60,704 bases of DNA, filler included, from Porpidia crustulata (GCA_964255105.1; 9 parts of 9 records of this genome joined end to end with filler, not necessarily neighbours in it), one strand, 5' to 3'. Positions 14,009-26,976 are shown, counted from the whole stretch's first letter. Numbers and translations: made by a program. Notes: generated from the sequence alone by a model not told the origin.

Positions 14009-16644
14009 CTACTCCCGAATCGCAGCAAAGCCATTGACGGGCGAAATTTCATTGACAAGCGGGGTTTCCTTGACATCGATGGCTACCTCCGTCTTGCTGG
14101 AGTCCGGCAGCCACGTATTCCCCACATGAGCGACGCTGTTACTTGCGCCGTCTTTCTCATCCGATACCTCTGTCTTCGCACCCTGCTCGACGAGAAAACC
14201 CCCAAAGTACTCGTCCAGAGAACTCGGATCCTCAGGCCAGACGCTGTTTCCGATCCAGAGATCCGGACGGACGACGACGACGGCACCGCGAGCGTGATTG
14301 ATACCGTACCAGTAATGCGCATCCTGATCTGGAGCTCTATCGTCGTATACAACAGTCGCCGCTTCCCTAAGACCTTTGAGGTCGTCCTTGCCGTTGCCGT
14401 GCATCAGATCATTGATTTCATGCGGAAGAGCCTTGACGACGAGCACCACGTTGAATCGTTCGACTCCACCAAATCGAGCGAAGAACCCTCTAGTTTCACA
14501 GAGATGCTTAGAGAGAACGGCGAGGCGCTCCCGAACACAGCCTTGTAAGTCTGAGCCAAAACCCAAGATGTGGAACCTTGCTGAGCCGGTCATCTTGTCA
14601 TAGAGGTACGAAGTGAGACCTGAGTCAAAACAAATCCGAGGGTTTGGTGCACGAGCACCAGTCGCGACACTAGTTGGCATCTGGCTCTCGATCTTTGATG
14701 AAGACGCACAGATCGCAGATTTTACAATTGAGCATTCGACGCCCAAAAGGAATTTGGCGTTGTGGCTGAAGAAAGTGCTGAGGAACTGCTGGTCTGCTGC
14801 TAATGTTCCATCCAAGATGGGGAGGTGCTCGTCATGTGTTTCCAGATTCTCCCCCAGGCCACGTAATTGAGCAAGAGGGAGGCTTGAGTTGCATATGAAG
14901 CGTAGATAAGCACCGGAACAACGTACCACACGATTGGCGAATAGGCGCCGCTCTTTGTCGTAAGTAGCAAGGAGAACAGACGGTTGCGCAAGGTTCTTCA
15001 CGCTCAGGCTCAATTTCCAACCAAGATTTGTGGCATCATATATAGAGGAGTTCATGCCGAAAGCGCCAAGCACGCTGTGTACATGCCTTGAAGGTATATT
15101 AGCATCTTCAAAGGTGTGAACAGGGCTGAAACACGCACGCAGCATCGCCACCTATATGTACTCTCAAATCGGGCGAGGAAAAGGAACGAGCAACTCTCTC
15201 ACTAACTGTAGAACCGTAAGTGAATTGTATCCGATGATGTCGATTGGGAAAGGCTAAGCTCACCCTTCCACACTGCAAACCAGCTCATTGCGGAGTCAAA
15301 TTCCATCTTATATGGAGCGAATATTTTGTTCGTCAATTCCAGTACTTCATTTGGAGTGATCCCATGATCGTAGATTCGAGTCTCCCCGACGGTCGAAGCA
15401 TTCGTCCGTGCTCGACGGCTCCGGACGAGTTCTGCCTTGTCACCACTTATTTGTGTGTAGATGCTACGGCCAGCGTCAGTCTAATGATAATAGCGGTCTC
15501 TGCCTTTCAATTGCAGCATGTGGACTCACCGAGTGTAGCCGTCTTCCCGAGGAACAACGATGCAGCCGCCATATTCGTTATGGATATACACACTGCCGTA
15601 CAAAGATTAACCTGTTCAACCTAGACTGTGAAGCGTACTTACCTGAAGGTCGTGATGTAAGGGTAGTCAGTCTTGAACACGCAATCCATGATTGCCCAAT
15701 AAATGTCTGTTGTATTTCCGTCGAAAGATATCTTCAGTTGCTCCCGAATTGCACTAGCGGCTCCATCTGCACCGACTAGATATTTTGCATGAACAAGCTC
15801 TGTCTGCTCTGTCTTTAAATTCTTCAAAGTCGCTGCCACGGGATGAGATGTTGATAGCTCATTCTTAACTTCAAACGTATCAACGACTGTGCAGCGCTCA
15901 ACCACTGCTTTATGCCGTAAGAGATCTCTGATATAGATTCTCTCTAACTGCCCTTGCGTTATGATGTGTATACCACGGTACCTTGAGTCGCAGGTAGAGC
16001 TTCGGTTGTAGAAAAGCTTCGTGCCATTCTTGAACACTGCGGTGTGATCTAGGATTGGTCCTTCTTCATGCACTTCCTGGGACAGTCCCCAGGAATAAAG
16101 GAGCTCTAAAGCGCGAGGCTGAACTGCATCCGCCCTGCCAGCTAGCAGAGGAGCATCGGCCTTGTCTAAGGGTTATCAATCAGCGATATGACTACACCCA
16201 ATCAAGTTCAAGGTTGTTGCAGCATTGTTGCCATGTGAAGCTTACCGACAATTCGAAAGCTGACTCCTTGTCTGGCGAGACTGAGGGCTACTCCCAAGCC
16301 GAATGGTCCACCTTATGCAGGTATTTTAGCATTCATTATTGCCAAAACAGGTACGAAAATTTACCACCGCATATTAGGACATCGACCTCTTTCGTAGCGT
16401 TCCACCAAGCGGGAGTACCATGTGGCGACTCGGAACCATTGTACAATGTAGGCCATGTTCTACATACGTTCAAACCCAGAGAAGTATGGATGGACGAAGT
16501 CAAAGGTTCCTGCGAAGGAGGGGTAGCATAATGAGGACCGTCGCCAGACTCCGTCAAATGATGCCCTTCGTCGGTCCAAGTTGCTACCTCCGCTGGCTGG
16601 GCGAATCCATGTTCCCAAGTAAGTGGAGGTACTGTGCTAGCCAT
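14009..16644 (-). CDS. FAD-dependent monooxygenase, phenol 2-monooxygenase family (FAD_binding_3 plus C-terminal thioredoxin-like dimerisation domain)
   Basis: Spliced VDVLICGGGPFGL (GxGxxG), GRADAVQPRALE, YLVGADGAAS (DG motif), GGDAAHVHSVLGAFGMNSSIYDATNLGWKL (GD motif), C-terminal GAVVVVRPDLWIG. The exons I traced stay in frame. Confidence 0.9.
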
Positions 16645-17538
16645 TACGATACGCGTGAGGTTGAAAAGCTCTAGGTTTTCTCTGATACAAGCAATAGAAA
16701 AGATACTCAAACATCGTTCGTCTGATAGAGACCGACCATGCTAAATATTCTCAAAAAAGAATGTCATAGACATGTTCATAAGCTATACTCCGGTCTGGCT
16801 CAAAAGCAGATGAGATTCCTACGATATGTAGGTGAACTACCAGGGATATCGCATGTTCATCTTGTAAGGAGTAGTAAAGCGACCATCACCTCTATTCACC
16901 GGCTGTGAAGTTTGAGGGGCTATACTGTATCGAAATGTGTCGCAGACAACGATTGATGCAGAGACAAGATGGCATTTCATCCAGACGCGTTAGGATAACT
17001 CATGACGCCGTTGCATACGCTGATGTTGACATTGACCTCCTTGGTTTGCTGAAAATTCATTAGAGCCCGGCAAAAATGGGAACACCGTGATTCTGCTTGC
17101 TACTTGTTGTGCTATCATTTCTGCCGGCCCCTGGTGAGTATTCAAAAAAGTAAGGACCAGAGTATAGTAAAAGACTTGTGTTCACCCTCCATAGCAAGCC
17201 ATGAGGGTGCAGTTATAAGTTTAACCGATTGTGCCTACCTGTTTTAATAAATCCGCTCCTAGGCGTATATCGTAATTCTTAGTCCCTAAAGCCTTCGGAA
17301 GGTTTTTCGAGTCCGGGGTGAAATGCAGCGAGGCCTACAACCCTAACGCACGAAGCACCTAATCTTTAAGGGGATTTGACGAACGGCATATTGCACCTAC
17401 ATTATAGCGCCACCATACTGCATTGAAGACAGTGGCTACACCAAAATCTGCAATCGCTGTTTTACTGGCTCCAAAACATATCTAAACCTAGTACTAACCG
17501 CATCGGGACGAGTTTTCTTTGCACCACTAGTACACCAT

Positions 17539-20165
17539 CTACGTAAGATTTCCAGTGCGTCTCCGATATTCAAGGTACTTCCCGACGGTTTTAAGGTCGA
17601 CATCACCAGTAGATCTCAAAGTGTGGGAAGCACTGCGAGTCGCCTTCGTATCGAGGACAAGGCTGCCATTGGACATGTGCAAGAAATAGTCTTCGAAGAA
17701 CTCCATCAAGTCTTGCGAGGCTTCCTTCGTCTCTGAGAATCTAATAAGCCAATCCTTGAACGGTGGCCGACTTGAAGATTTCAGGGACAAATGGCGCTCG
17801 ATAACGGTGCACATGTCGGGCCAAGATTGCCTCACGGGATTCTCGAGATGATATACGAGCTGTCGAGGTCCGGGTCCGAGCAAGATATCCATAGCGACGT
17901 AAGCGGCACGATCCACCGGGATCCATGATAGAGACTATGCCTCGTCAGCAAGATGTAGAGACTGCATAAGGATTTACAACTTACACCTTGCAGATCAGGG
18001 AAGGTTCCAATCGCCTGAGACGCCTTGATAAGCGTAGGGATATGCTCTTTAGGACTCCAGAAGCCCGTTGAATTTGATCCGGACAGCTGCCCGATTCTCA
18101 AAATGGTGGTTTCCACACCTTTCACGTGGTGAAAGGCGCTCACGATTATTTTCTCACAGACCCATTTCGCTTCAGTGTACCCAAGAGGAAGAGGGACATG
18201 GGGCTCATCAATGGGAATTTCAGGAACAAGACGCAACTTTTGGTCCCTAGTGTACCGGCCCACAACAGCGATTGATGAAGCTAATAAAATTCTAGGCTTG
18301 ATAAAGGGTCTCAAATCGTGAGCGAAACATCCGAGCTCGACAAGATCTTTGACGGCTCTGATATGCGGCTCTAGAGATTGCAACTTCATTCTGAAATCCA
18401 TGGGCCATGCTCCATGAAAGATATGGGTGACTTGAGACGCAATTGTTTGATAGTCGGTTTCATTCAGTGCTAGATGGTGTGCCCCCGGAACCCAAGGAAG
18501 AAGTTCAATTTTCAGCCACATATCCGCTGTCAGAACAATACCACGTTTTCTCAATGCCTCCCGCTGTCGAGCAATGAGGTCCTCTTGAAGTGGCACAACG
18601 CTGTGCCCAGAGCGAAATCGAACCAGGCAAATAACTCGGTAGACTCGCGGATTGCAAGTGAGCAAATAAAGAAGATTGGCTCCCAAGTTACCAGTAGAAC
18701 CGGTCAGAAGAGCAACGCTCTTTTCGCTTTTAGATATCCGTCTTTCGTTAGAGTACGTATATTTATTTACGAGACCAACCATTTCTTGGGCTGGATCTAT
18801 CTGAGAATTCGACCCATCAAGATACCCGGTCAAAGCGGCAGTCAGAGCTGATACGGAAGGATGAGAGTAGATGATATCAAGAGGTAGATCACCTTTCGCA
18901 GACATCGCTGGGCGTGAATTCCGCAAAGAGGCACGCAGAGCCCGATGAAACTTCGCGATCTGTAGCGAGTCCATACCCATTGATATAAAGTCTGTATCGT
19001 CACTCCATGTTCCAGTCTCGATATGAGATGGTAAGCAACGCTGGGCTAACTCTCTTACGGTGATATCCGGATTCTCTCGCACGAAGGGCACAGCTAACAT
19101 ATCACCACTGTTTAGCGAGAGCTGCGAATAAATCGTGCTGATCTCTGCTTCAAACGTTGAATACACTTGCTTGCGTTGTACGGAACCTTTGTCAGTCAAC
19201 GGAATCTGTTTACCGTCTGGCTTGATAAGAATTGCGTCTTTGGTGGACACGAGCGTGACTGTCCACCGTCTTGTTGGCTTTCTGAAGCTGCTGCCACGCG
19301 GAGTCAAGAAAAGCATCTTGCAAGCCAATGATTTCCGAGAAGGGCTCGAGTAGTACACCAATTTCGAACTGTCCATTGCCAAAGACTACAGCACGCTTGA
19401 TTAAAGGATGTGACTCAAGGGATCGCTCGAGAGGATATGGGAGAACCTTCTCGCCCGTGGCAAGAACGATGGGATCATCGTTCCTACCTAGTATCTTGAC
19501 TTCCCAACGAGGTTTCAGCGGATTCGCTTCGAGACTGTCTTGAAGCTCAAATGGCGTATTCCAACCAAATGGATACCCAATAAGCTTACAAATATGGTTC
19601 TGATCCTTTCTCGACTCAACGATTTCCAGCTGTAGATTAAGGTCTCTGCGTAACCTGAGATATTTCCAGTCGTAGTCTTTATCAGGCAGGAAGATAGGGG
19701 CCAAAGCGCCCAGCTCAGTTGCTCCAAAATGGTTAAGGAGAGCAACTCCATGGTCATGAAGCCTTGATCCTACTTGAATCTTCAAACCACCTCCGCCGAC
19801 AGCCACGAAGTCGAGCTTTGCCAAATGAGGGGCGGCATCTGATTCGAAGTCGGGAAGAAGAGCTATGTCCTCTACGGTGGTAGGCACAGTCATCAATGAC
19901 GTAATCCGATTATTAGCGCTCTTAATCAGCGAAATGATAAGGCTGTCATTCGGAATCATGTCGGAAGGAGGGAAGAGCACTGGCATTCCAACAGACAAGG
20001 CCAAACTCGGTGCTAATACTCCGAAACCCTATGAGTCTTATCAGCCCCAATCAGTCGAAGACGTGAGTGTCGTAACTGACGTGGAAGAGTGGGAGTGATG
20101 ACAGGTTGTATCCTCTATGAGACATGTCATGGCCGAGCGGAAACTCGTGACACTTAGCGTAGGAG
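17539..20165 (-). pseudogene. NRPS-like A-T-R (carboxylic acid reductase-type) gene; 5'-truncated and frameshifted
   Basis: A domain: SSLPLFH|GFG, NHFGATELG, GRNDDPIVLATGEKV, LTDKGSVQRK. T domain: DFISMGMDSL. R domain: LLTGSTGNLG, GYTEAKW, RIGQLSG. Frame changes at ~19248 with no room for an intron; intron 17935-17984; coding similarity stops at ~20165. Confidence 0.8.
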
Positions 20166-20212
20166 TATTCCCGGGCCCGTGCACGTTCCGGTCCCGTGCA
20201 CACCCCAAACCC

Positions 20213-20312
20213 NNNNNNNNNNNNNNNNNNNNNNNNNNNNNNNNNNNNNNNNNNNNTTAATTAATTAANNNNNNNNNNNNNNNNNNNNNNNNNNNNNNNN
20301 NNNNNNNNNNNN
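20213..20312. other. Artificial contig linker
   Basis: N44-TTAATTAATTAA-N44. Confidence 0.98.
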
Positions 20313-20832
20313 GATGATTGTCTTTTCGGGGGTTTTGGGTGATTCATAGTATTTGACTTGAAGTCCTGAAGCAGATCTTATCTACTTGGTTGTAGTCAGG
20401 GTTTTTTTTTGGTATAGATGGAACAGGAACTCTCTCGCAAGCACTGGATTTAATCGTTTTCTACGAAACGAGAAAGGATGGCATGTCTGACTAAAGGTAG
20501 ACAATTATTCCAAGGCCCTGATTGTTTTTTGGTTTTATTTGGTACGTTCTTTGCTATGTGGTACTCTTATGGCTAGCAGAGACAATAAGAACAAAGACAA
20601 TGATCACATCGCAGAGTAGCCCGTTTTGTTGTCTTGTGGAAAGGTGATCATGTGACGAAGTAGATATGAGACAGTGGGTCAGACGGGGCTTGAAGGAAGT
20701 CTTCGGCATGAGGAAAGATGCTGCGTGGCGCTCGTGTATGGTAGAGAAAATAGGGTTTCGAGAGCATAGGATTATGGGAAAACGGGTATGACTGTGTACG
20801 TTCAGATAATCCGAGACCTGCATATTAAATTC

Positions 20833-22200
20833 TTACGTTCCTGTGCAAAAGCCATTAAATCGCTTTATTTCTTGTGTTTTTCCAACCCATTCGCGTAAGC
20901 CGCAACTTTTCAGCACTAGAATTGATAATCTGTGTGTGGTTGGCTGTAGAGACTCCATAATCCCTTGCTTTTTTGAAAGAAAAAAAATAGAAACTCTGAT
21001 ATCGCTAATTTGATCTTTCAGGTTTTCTATCCCACCCTTTACCTCATGCAAAGCGTAGACCATACTGCTTGAATTTCTGACGCCGCGGTCGATCGTCTGT
21101 GAAATATTCAACAACAGGTTGCTTTGAACCTCGATGTTCGTGGTGTCAACGGCAACTCCGACGATCATTACCCAGGATTTTGTCCAGAACCCTCTTTGCT
21201 CCTTGTTGATGGCTCGAGAAGTCAAAAGTGGCTTGATATCACTTGTCGCCACACTAAGAATATCACCAAGTATGTTTTGAAGGTCTCGAAGGTCGATAAG
21301 GAGTGCGTTCGCGATATTGAGCATCTTGGCAGTTCTAGGCGATATCTCGTTAAGATACACACTAAAGACAGGTATTACTGATGGTATAGCTGTGCTTCCA
21401 TGCATATCCGGAGTCGGTCCGTGGGAAATCCTGAATGGCCGAACGAGAGCTTCCGGAACAAGAAAGGTCGTAAGGTAGTTGGGTGTCACTGGACGATGAT
21501 CATGTAGTCTGAGGTCTTTTATAGGATTCCCGACTAGTATGATTTTCGTCGACACCTCTGTTTCCTCAGTGATTCGTGCAGAAGCTTCGATAGGCTTGTC
21601 GGTAACAAGGAGTACATAGTCGATCGTACCTCGCTACTGTGAGGTGAAGACTGATAGATCGTCTTATACAATACTGGAATTGGTCGAGTGGTTTACGACA
21701 TATTTGACAATGCAAGTACTGGAAGGAACTCTGGAAAATCCGATGTTCTAACAAGCTGTCCTAGTGGTATTGTCGGTCTCGGTTAGCATGGACGGGAGTC
21801 TTATCAATGGATGGCTCTCGTATAACTTCCGAATGAGTTTCTCGTTGGCGCTATCAATAGCTTCCCCGAAGGTCGACTCGTCTTCGGTGGAAACAGTCGC
21901 CAAGGAATTGGGAATAGTATAGCACTTCATTTCACAGTACCCAGTGACGTATGGCACATTGCAAAAGAGCTTATATAAATGACAGAATGGAAAGGGGGTA
22001 GTTGTTCGGATTTTGATCAAAGCCACTAAGAGGAGATGGGGAAAGATGATGTAAGGAAGGATGTTACAAACAGTTTCAAGGAAAGGTATCTTGGCAATCT
22101 CAGCGCCCTTAGTCTGGATACCACAGAAAGCTTCACGGTATGAGAGGTATCGTTCGTCCGGAAGGCGTTTTGACAAAAATTCGATGTTGCTAGACGTCAA
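20833..22200 (-). pseudogene. Decayed gene for an uncharacterised fungal TM/coiled-coil protein (may extend upstream to ~22964)
   Basis: ORFs 21748-22200 and 20833-21555 share a frame and are separated only by three in-frame stops (TAG, TAA, TAG); a hydrophobic segment is followed by a Cys pair (FCNVPYVTGYC) and amphipathic helices. Confidence 0.55.
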
Positions 22201-23239
22201 AGGCGAACAAGCATCAAGGAGAAAATGAGTTACTGATCATCTCGATCGGATTCATCGAGCACCACGCGTCCCAAGCCATGTGCAACGGGAAAGCCCTTCC
22301 AAGCGTTGAGAACAGTCGCAAGAACCTTCGACTTAGGTGCGCTTGACTTGAAAGAAGGTGCTGTGTCGATTGCCGCTTTGCGACTTGTACACTGCTATGC
22401 ATTATGAGACTTCACTTATCGATGGTCGATTTGTCTCGCACGCTCTTGCTTTCGCTTTAGTGTCATTCTCAGGCTAATAAAGTCATCATCGTCTGAATAA
22501 TTATTCGTTTCAATTTACTGATCGATTCATTCCAACAATTGCCTGGTCGGATGAGAGCTGAGTTGTCCTCCACTTCCAATGAACGGGATATGCTGGTCAG
22601 AAATCTGTGTTTGAAATACTCCCAAAATGTATATTTCAATCACTTAGGGGTAAAGTTTACCGACTGAATCTCACGATGACATTAGCTATATTGGTGTTTT
22701 TGTCAGACTTGACATCAAAGTAGAAGAGGATCTCTGAAAGCGAAATAATGAATATGGCATCACCCAGCTAGCGCAAGTCTTGAATGCGGCACATTGAATG
22801 CTCCGATTTAAGGGAACAAAGAAAAGTAATTGAGAATTAGACAACGTGAGTTTACGAGACTCAAGAGCGAGAATGATGTCTCGGCACTCACGACATCTTC
22901 GACTTTGAGAGCTCGACGAACTGGATACAGTCACACTGCCCGAAGATTTATCCGGCTGCTGCATGATGAACTTATAGATTAGAAAGAGAGTTTGACGGAG
23001 GGGCCGATAATGTGAAGAGTACGATTAAATGTTCCAAACTCATTCCATCTCATTATTGACCTTCGAATACCTGATGTTGAAGAACGTTTCTGGCTAGTCA
23101 TTCCGAGCAGTTATCCAATGAGTGCGATGTACGTACTTACTGATCTCGGCTGTAACGCTCCACGTCAGCGAAATCTGCACGGAATCTAATGAGTCTCAAC
23201 TTAGAAGGAGGGGGCCACTAGGCCGATACTTGACGTGCA

Positions 23240-23710
23240 TTCGTATCTGCATATGAACTGTTCCACATCTCTTTCATGATATATAAACTTTACGTGCCTG
23301 GTCTCGATGCTGTATTAGTTCGGTGTCTTCAGGCTATAGCAGATCCAGAGCGGTTCTTTCTCCTCAGTCGCGAGCAGCTACTTCAATGTCTCGTATTAGG
23401 AATAATCTTGCAAAACTCGCCCTATTTCCAGACCTATCAAAGGAGCGCTCTACTAATCGAACATATAATAGAGTCATCCCATCAGTATTTTTCGTAAATT
23501 AATCACAGCCAGCTCCGAGCAGCATTCGAGCTACCTCTATTCTTGGAGCGGTCTCTTGAATGAGTCGCGAAGTCGAGGATGTTGTACGGCCTTTCCATAA
23601 TATTCAAGTCGCTCAAAGTCATAAGTGTGTTTCCGACTATCACAGAGTCACCTTTGAGGTTAGACAAAACAAACTGGCCATTGAACGAATCCAGCCTAGC
23701 ACCCATTTTA
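23240..23710 (-). pseudogene. Ankyrin-repeat pseudogene fragment
   Basis: Manual translation gives EVARMLLGAGCD*FTKNTDGMTLLY...EVAARD*GERTALDLL*, matching the ankyrin consensus LL.xGAD...DxxGxTPLH; stops at 23501-23499 and 23366-23364, frameshift near 23540. Confidence 0.6.
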
Positions 23711-26700
23711 ACAAGAGAATCATTGTACAGGTCAGTATGTTAAGCTACGTCATTTTCGTTTTGATAGCATCAGATAAGATTTGCGGATTCAATAGCTCCT
23801 TCGTCGAAAGTAGAAGGAGCATGAATACGACACAGGCAGTCGGTGTCGTAGAAAGCTAATAGACACTAAGTTATAGTAACGTGCATCAACTTTGAGCTAT
23901 CCAGATGTTGTATAAGAGTTTGTGTGAACGATGGGATGATGGTAATACCTAGTCACCCTGAAGAAAGGAAAGGTGTTTCATGACATAATAGATCTGATCG
24001 GAACCAGTCAAACGGGTGGGGTTGATATTAAATCTGATGATCATGTAGCTGACCAGAGCGAACGTACGATCAGATGTTTGCAACCCTTTGTGGCCTGCCA
24101 GTCAGAGTCCGACGGAGGTTGTAGCGGTGCAACGGATACCTCTCAATGCACCACGCTGGAGGCTGTTCAGATTTTCCTACGTGTAACATGAAACGAAGGC
24201 GTTTTCTGTTCCTGGTGATACCTCAGGAACAGTACCTAGCGATGATCCGAGGCAAACCGAACAGTGTCATAATACAGAGTCTGAAAGTCGACTAGATAGT
24301 TGGCGATCACTAAGACGAAGACATTTATCTCATTGATAGGATGTTTGATAGATTGTTTGTGGGGATTGCATAGTAACGAATTTCGACTGATGCTAAATGC
24401 GTAGTACTAATAGAGTACTTGAATCGTCACGGAAAGCAGCAGTCATTAGACTCCAGATAAATCTCCGGTCGCGAAAGTGATGCACTATAGGAACTTGGTA
24501 GAGAGCACGCCCGCTTGTTGGGGGCGCGGCGCGTCAGTAATGAACAGCGTTCATGTTGAGGGTGGGGAAGATACAATCAGGCATCCTTCTACAAGGTCCC
24601 GGGTCTGACATCAATATCGAATCGTGTGATGGCCCCCCTTTCAAGTTGATTGTCGATAAGCGCTCGCTCGTCGAGGCATCAGTATTGGACCGCTTTAAGG
24701 AAATGTCTCTTTCGAAGACGCGCTTGAGGGAGGTTCAAGACTTGGACAAGGATGCTTGCAGCCGTGTCATGTGCGGCCGAGTAGGACCGCTTTCTTGGTG
24801 GATGAAGCACGCACCAGTGTGGAATCGACGCCCGTGACCAACAACTTTTTTCTTGCCATAGATGATTGCGTAAATATATAGAAGGTCGGTTAGAGAGGGG
24901 TGCTTTTCTGATTTGTTGAAGTAATTGGTAGACAATGGACCACGGATTCGGCAGAGGCAATTTGGGTATGCGGTCCTGGTGGGCTTGTGGCTCTCCTTTT
25001 CCCAAGACCTGCATGTCCAACAGGCGCTAAGCCTGTACCGCCATGTTACTTGCAAGGATACGGGAGATGAGGCCCCTGCCACGGCCCAGTGACAAGAGAG
25101 GAAATCGAAGGAGTGCAGGAGAGATGGAGGGCCGGGGGATTTTGTTAAGTCGTGAGAATGATCCACAGTGCATAACACGGTAAAGTCCAAGAAGCGAAGG
25201 TAGAGGAACTAGAGAAGCCCCTCTAGAAGCTTTGGAAGGCGTGGAAGCTTGGTGGAAGCCTTCCATGCATCTTCTTCGTGTCTTCCCTCAAAACCCAAAT
25301 AAACAACTTAAACCAATCTCTTTTCTGTCGCCCCACTACCTACACCCTACTACGGCGCCTTCTCATCGCCCAATCAGAGACACAGTCATCTGTGATATAA
25401 TCAGTTCTGACTTGACCGACAATGTTCCGCAACTGTATTATGACTGAACTATGACCAGCGACGACCTGCAACCCCCAACTTTCGCAAAGTCTGGATTAAT
25501 TGCCAATCGTTTCCATGCAATGAGCATCGGCTGGCTCGCACAAAAACTCCCGCTAGCGGACAACGAGAAAGCACCCACTATATGACCTTACCGCAACTTG
25601 CCTCCACTTTCGACTTGGAAGTGCCTCATCAGCGTACGATTGATCCTGAATCCGACCGTACCATTCATCCTAGTCAACCCTGCACTCACAGATCCTCTGA
25701 TGTACAGACATCTCGAGATACACCTGACACACCTGCCATAAGTGTGCCAGTGAATAAGAGCGGCCCCTCCTTCTGACGAGTGTTGAGCTGACCGGGACAA
25801 GAAGTTGCGACACTTCACTCACCACTGTTTAAATGCTCCCAAGAGTCTGAGCTATACAGCGGGCGTGCAAGTCGCCATTCACCCATCCGAACCAATACCC
25901 AAGAGCGGATAAGTCAAGCACAACGAACTCATAGTGGGCGACAACTTGGACGAACTGCTGGATCGAGCACCAATATCTGCATATTTCCGTAATACTTTGT
26001 TAAAGCACCCTGTTCCGTACACCGATACCCTGGTTCACCTACGGGAAGCGGCGCTGGTGGTGTTGTCTGAGACTGTTCGTAAGCATTCTCGGGTTCCAAG
26101 AATCGTCACAGTACGCATAGTCTCACAGTGCGCATAATCAGAGATCAACGAGAAGAAGCGCACACATATTATCTCATACTAAGTCACGACGGATCTCGTA
26201 TCGTTCCAGAGCGGATTGGCTTACTTCATCAAATCGTCCAAACTGAGCGGAAGATTGCGAGGATCCAAGATCAATTGACCAACTTCATCCCTAATCTGTT
26301 ACGACGACAGCGCGCTGAAGCGTCTGCTAGCTATATTTGAATCAAACCACCGCTTGAAGTTGGCTCTAGGGTGCAATTCCGGCACCGCTCAAAGCTTGTG
26401 AGATTGGTGAGTCAAGCTGCTTCTTGTCAAACCATCAAGGAAATCTTGGATCATGTTCTACACCCTTTACCGCCTTGCCAAGGGCTTTCCTTCTATTTAT
26501 TCCCAGCTTCAAACCTATCACCGAAGGCATTGAATTATACGGCTGGAATGCTACCGCACTACAAACCGCCTTAGACTAATAGCATATTTATATAGGCGTC
26601 TGGCTCGACACACCAAGTGAGCCGTAGAAAGCCTAGCTTTCCTGTTTCTGCGAAGACCCGACTTGGGACCTGGAATTGTGACTGCTCATCCTGTTCCTAA

Positions 26701-26806
26701 AGTCTAGACCCTTAGTCACGTTTTTGTATACTTGAGAGGCAGGCATTCGCAAGCCGGCATCTGTATTCCACATCCTCGTTCGGGTCTTTTCCAATTGGAT
26801 TTAATC

Positions 26807-26976
26807 ATGGATATCACCAACATGCTAAACACAAAGGGGCCTGCTGTTGTGGCGGCCGCAGAGCATCAGCTTCAGCAACAACTTGCTCAAGCGGCACAAA
26901 TTCATGGTCGAACCGCATCAGAGGCTGGCTCAGAGATTGACAACGCCTCGGAGCACTCTTCTGGCTACTCCTCGAG
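26807..26976 (+). CDS. 5' fragment of a probable transcription factor, truncated by the contig end
   Basis: MDITNMLNTKG...AAEHQLQQQLAQAAQ...SEHSSGYS resembles, from memory, the N-terminus of a conserved Pezizomycotina multi-C2H2 (COS1-like) protein; the zinc fingers themselves are not in the window. Confidence 0.4.
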
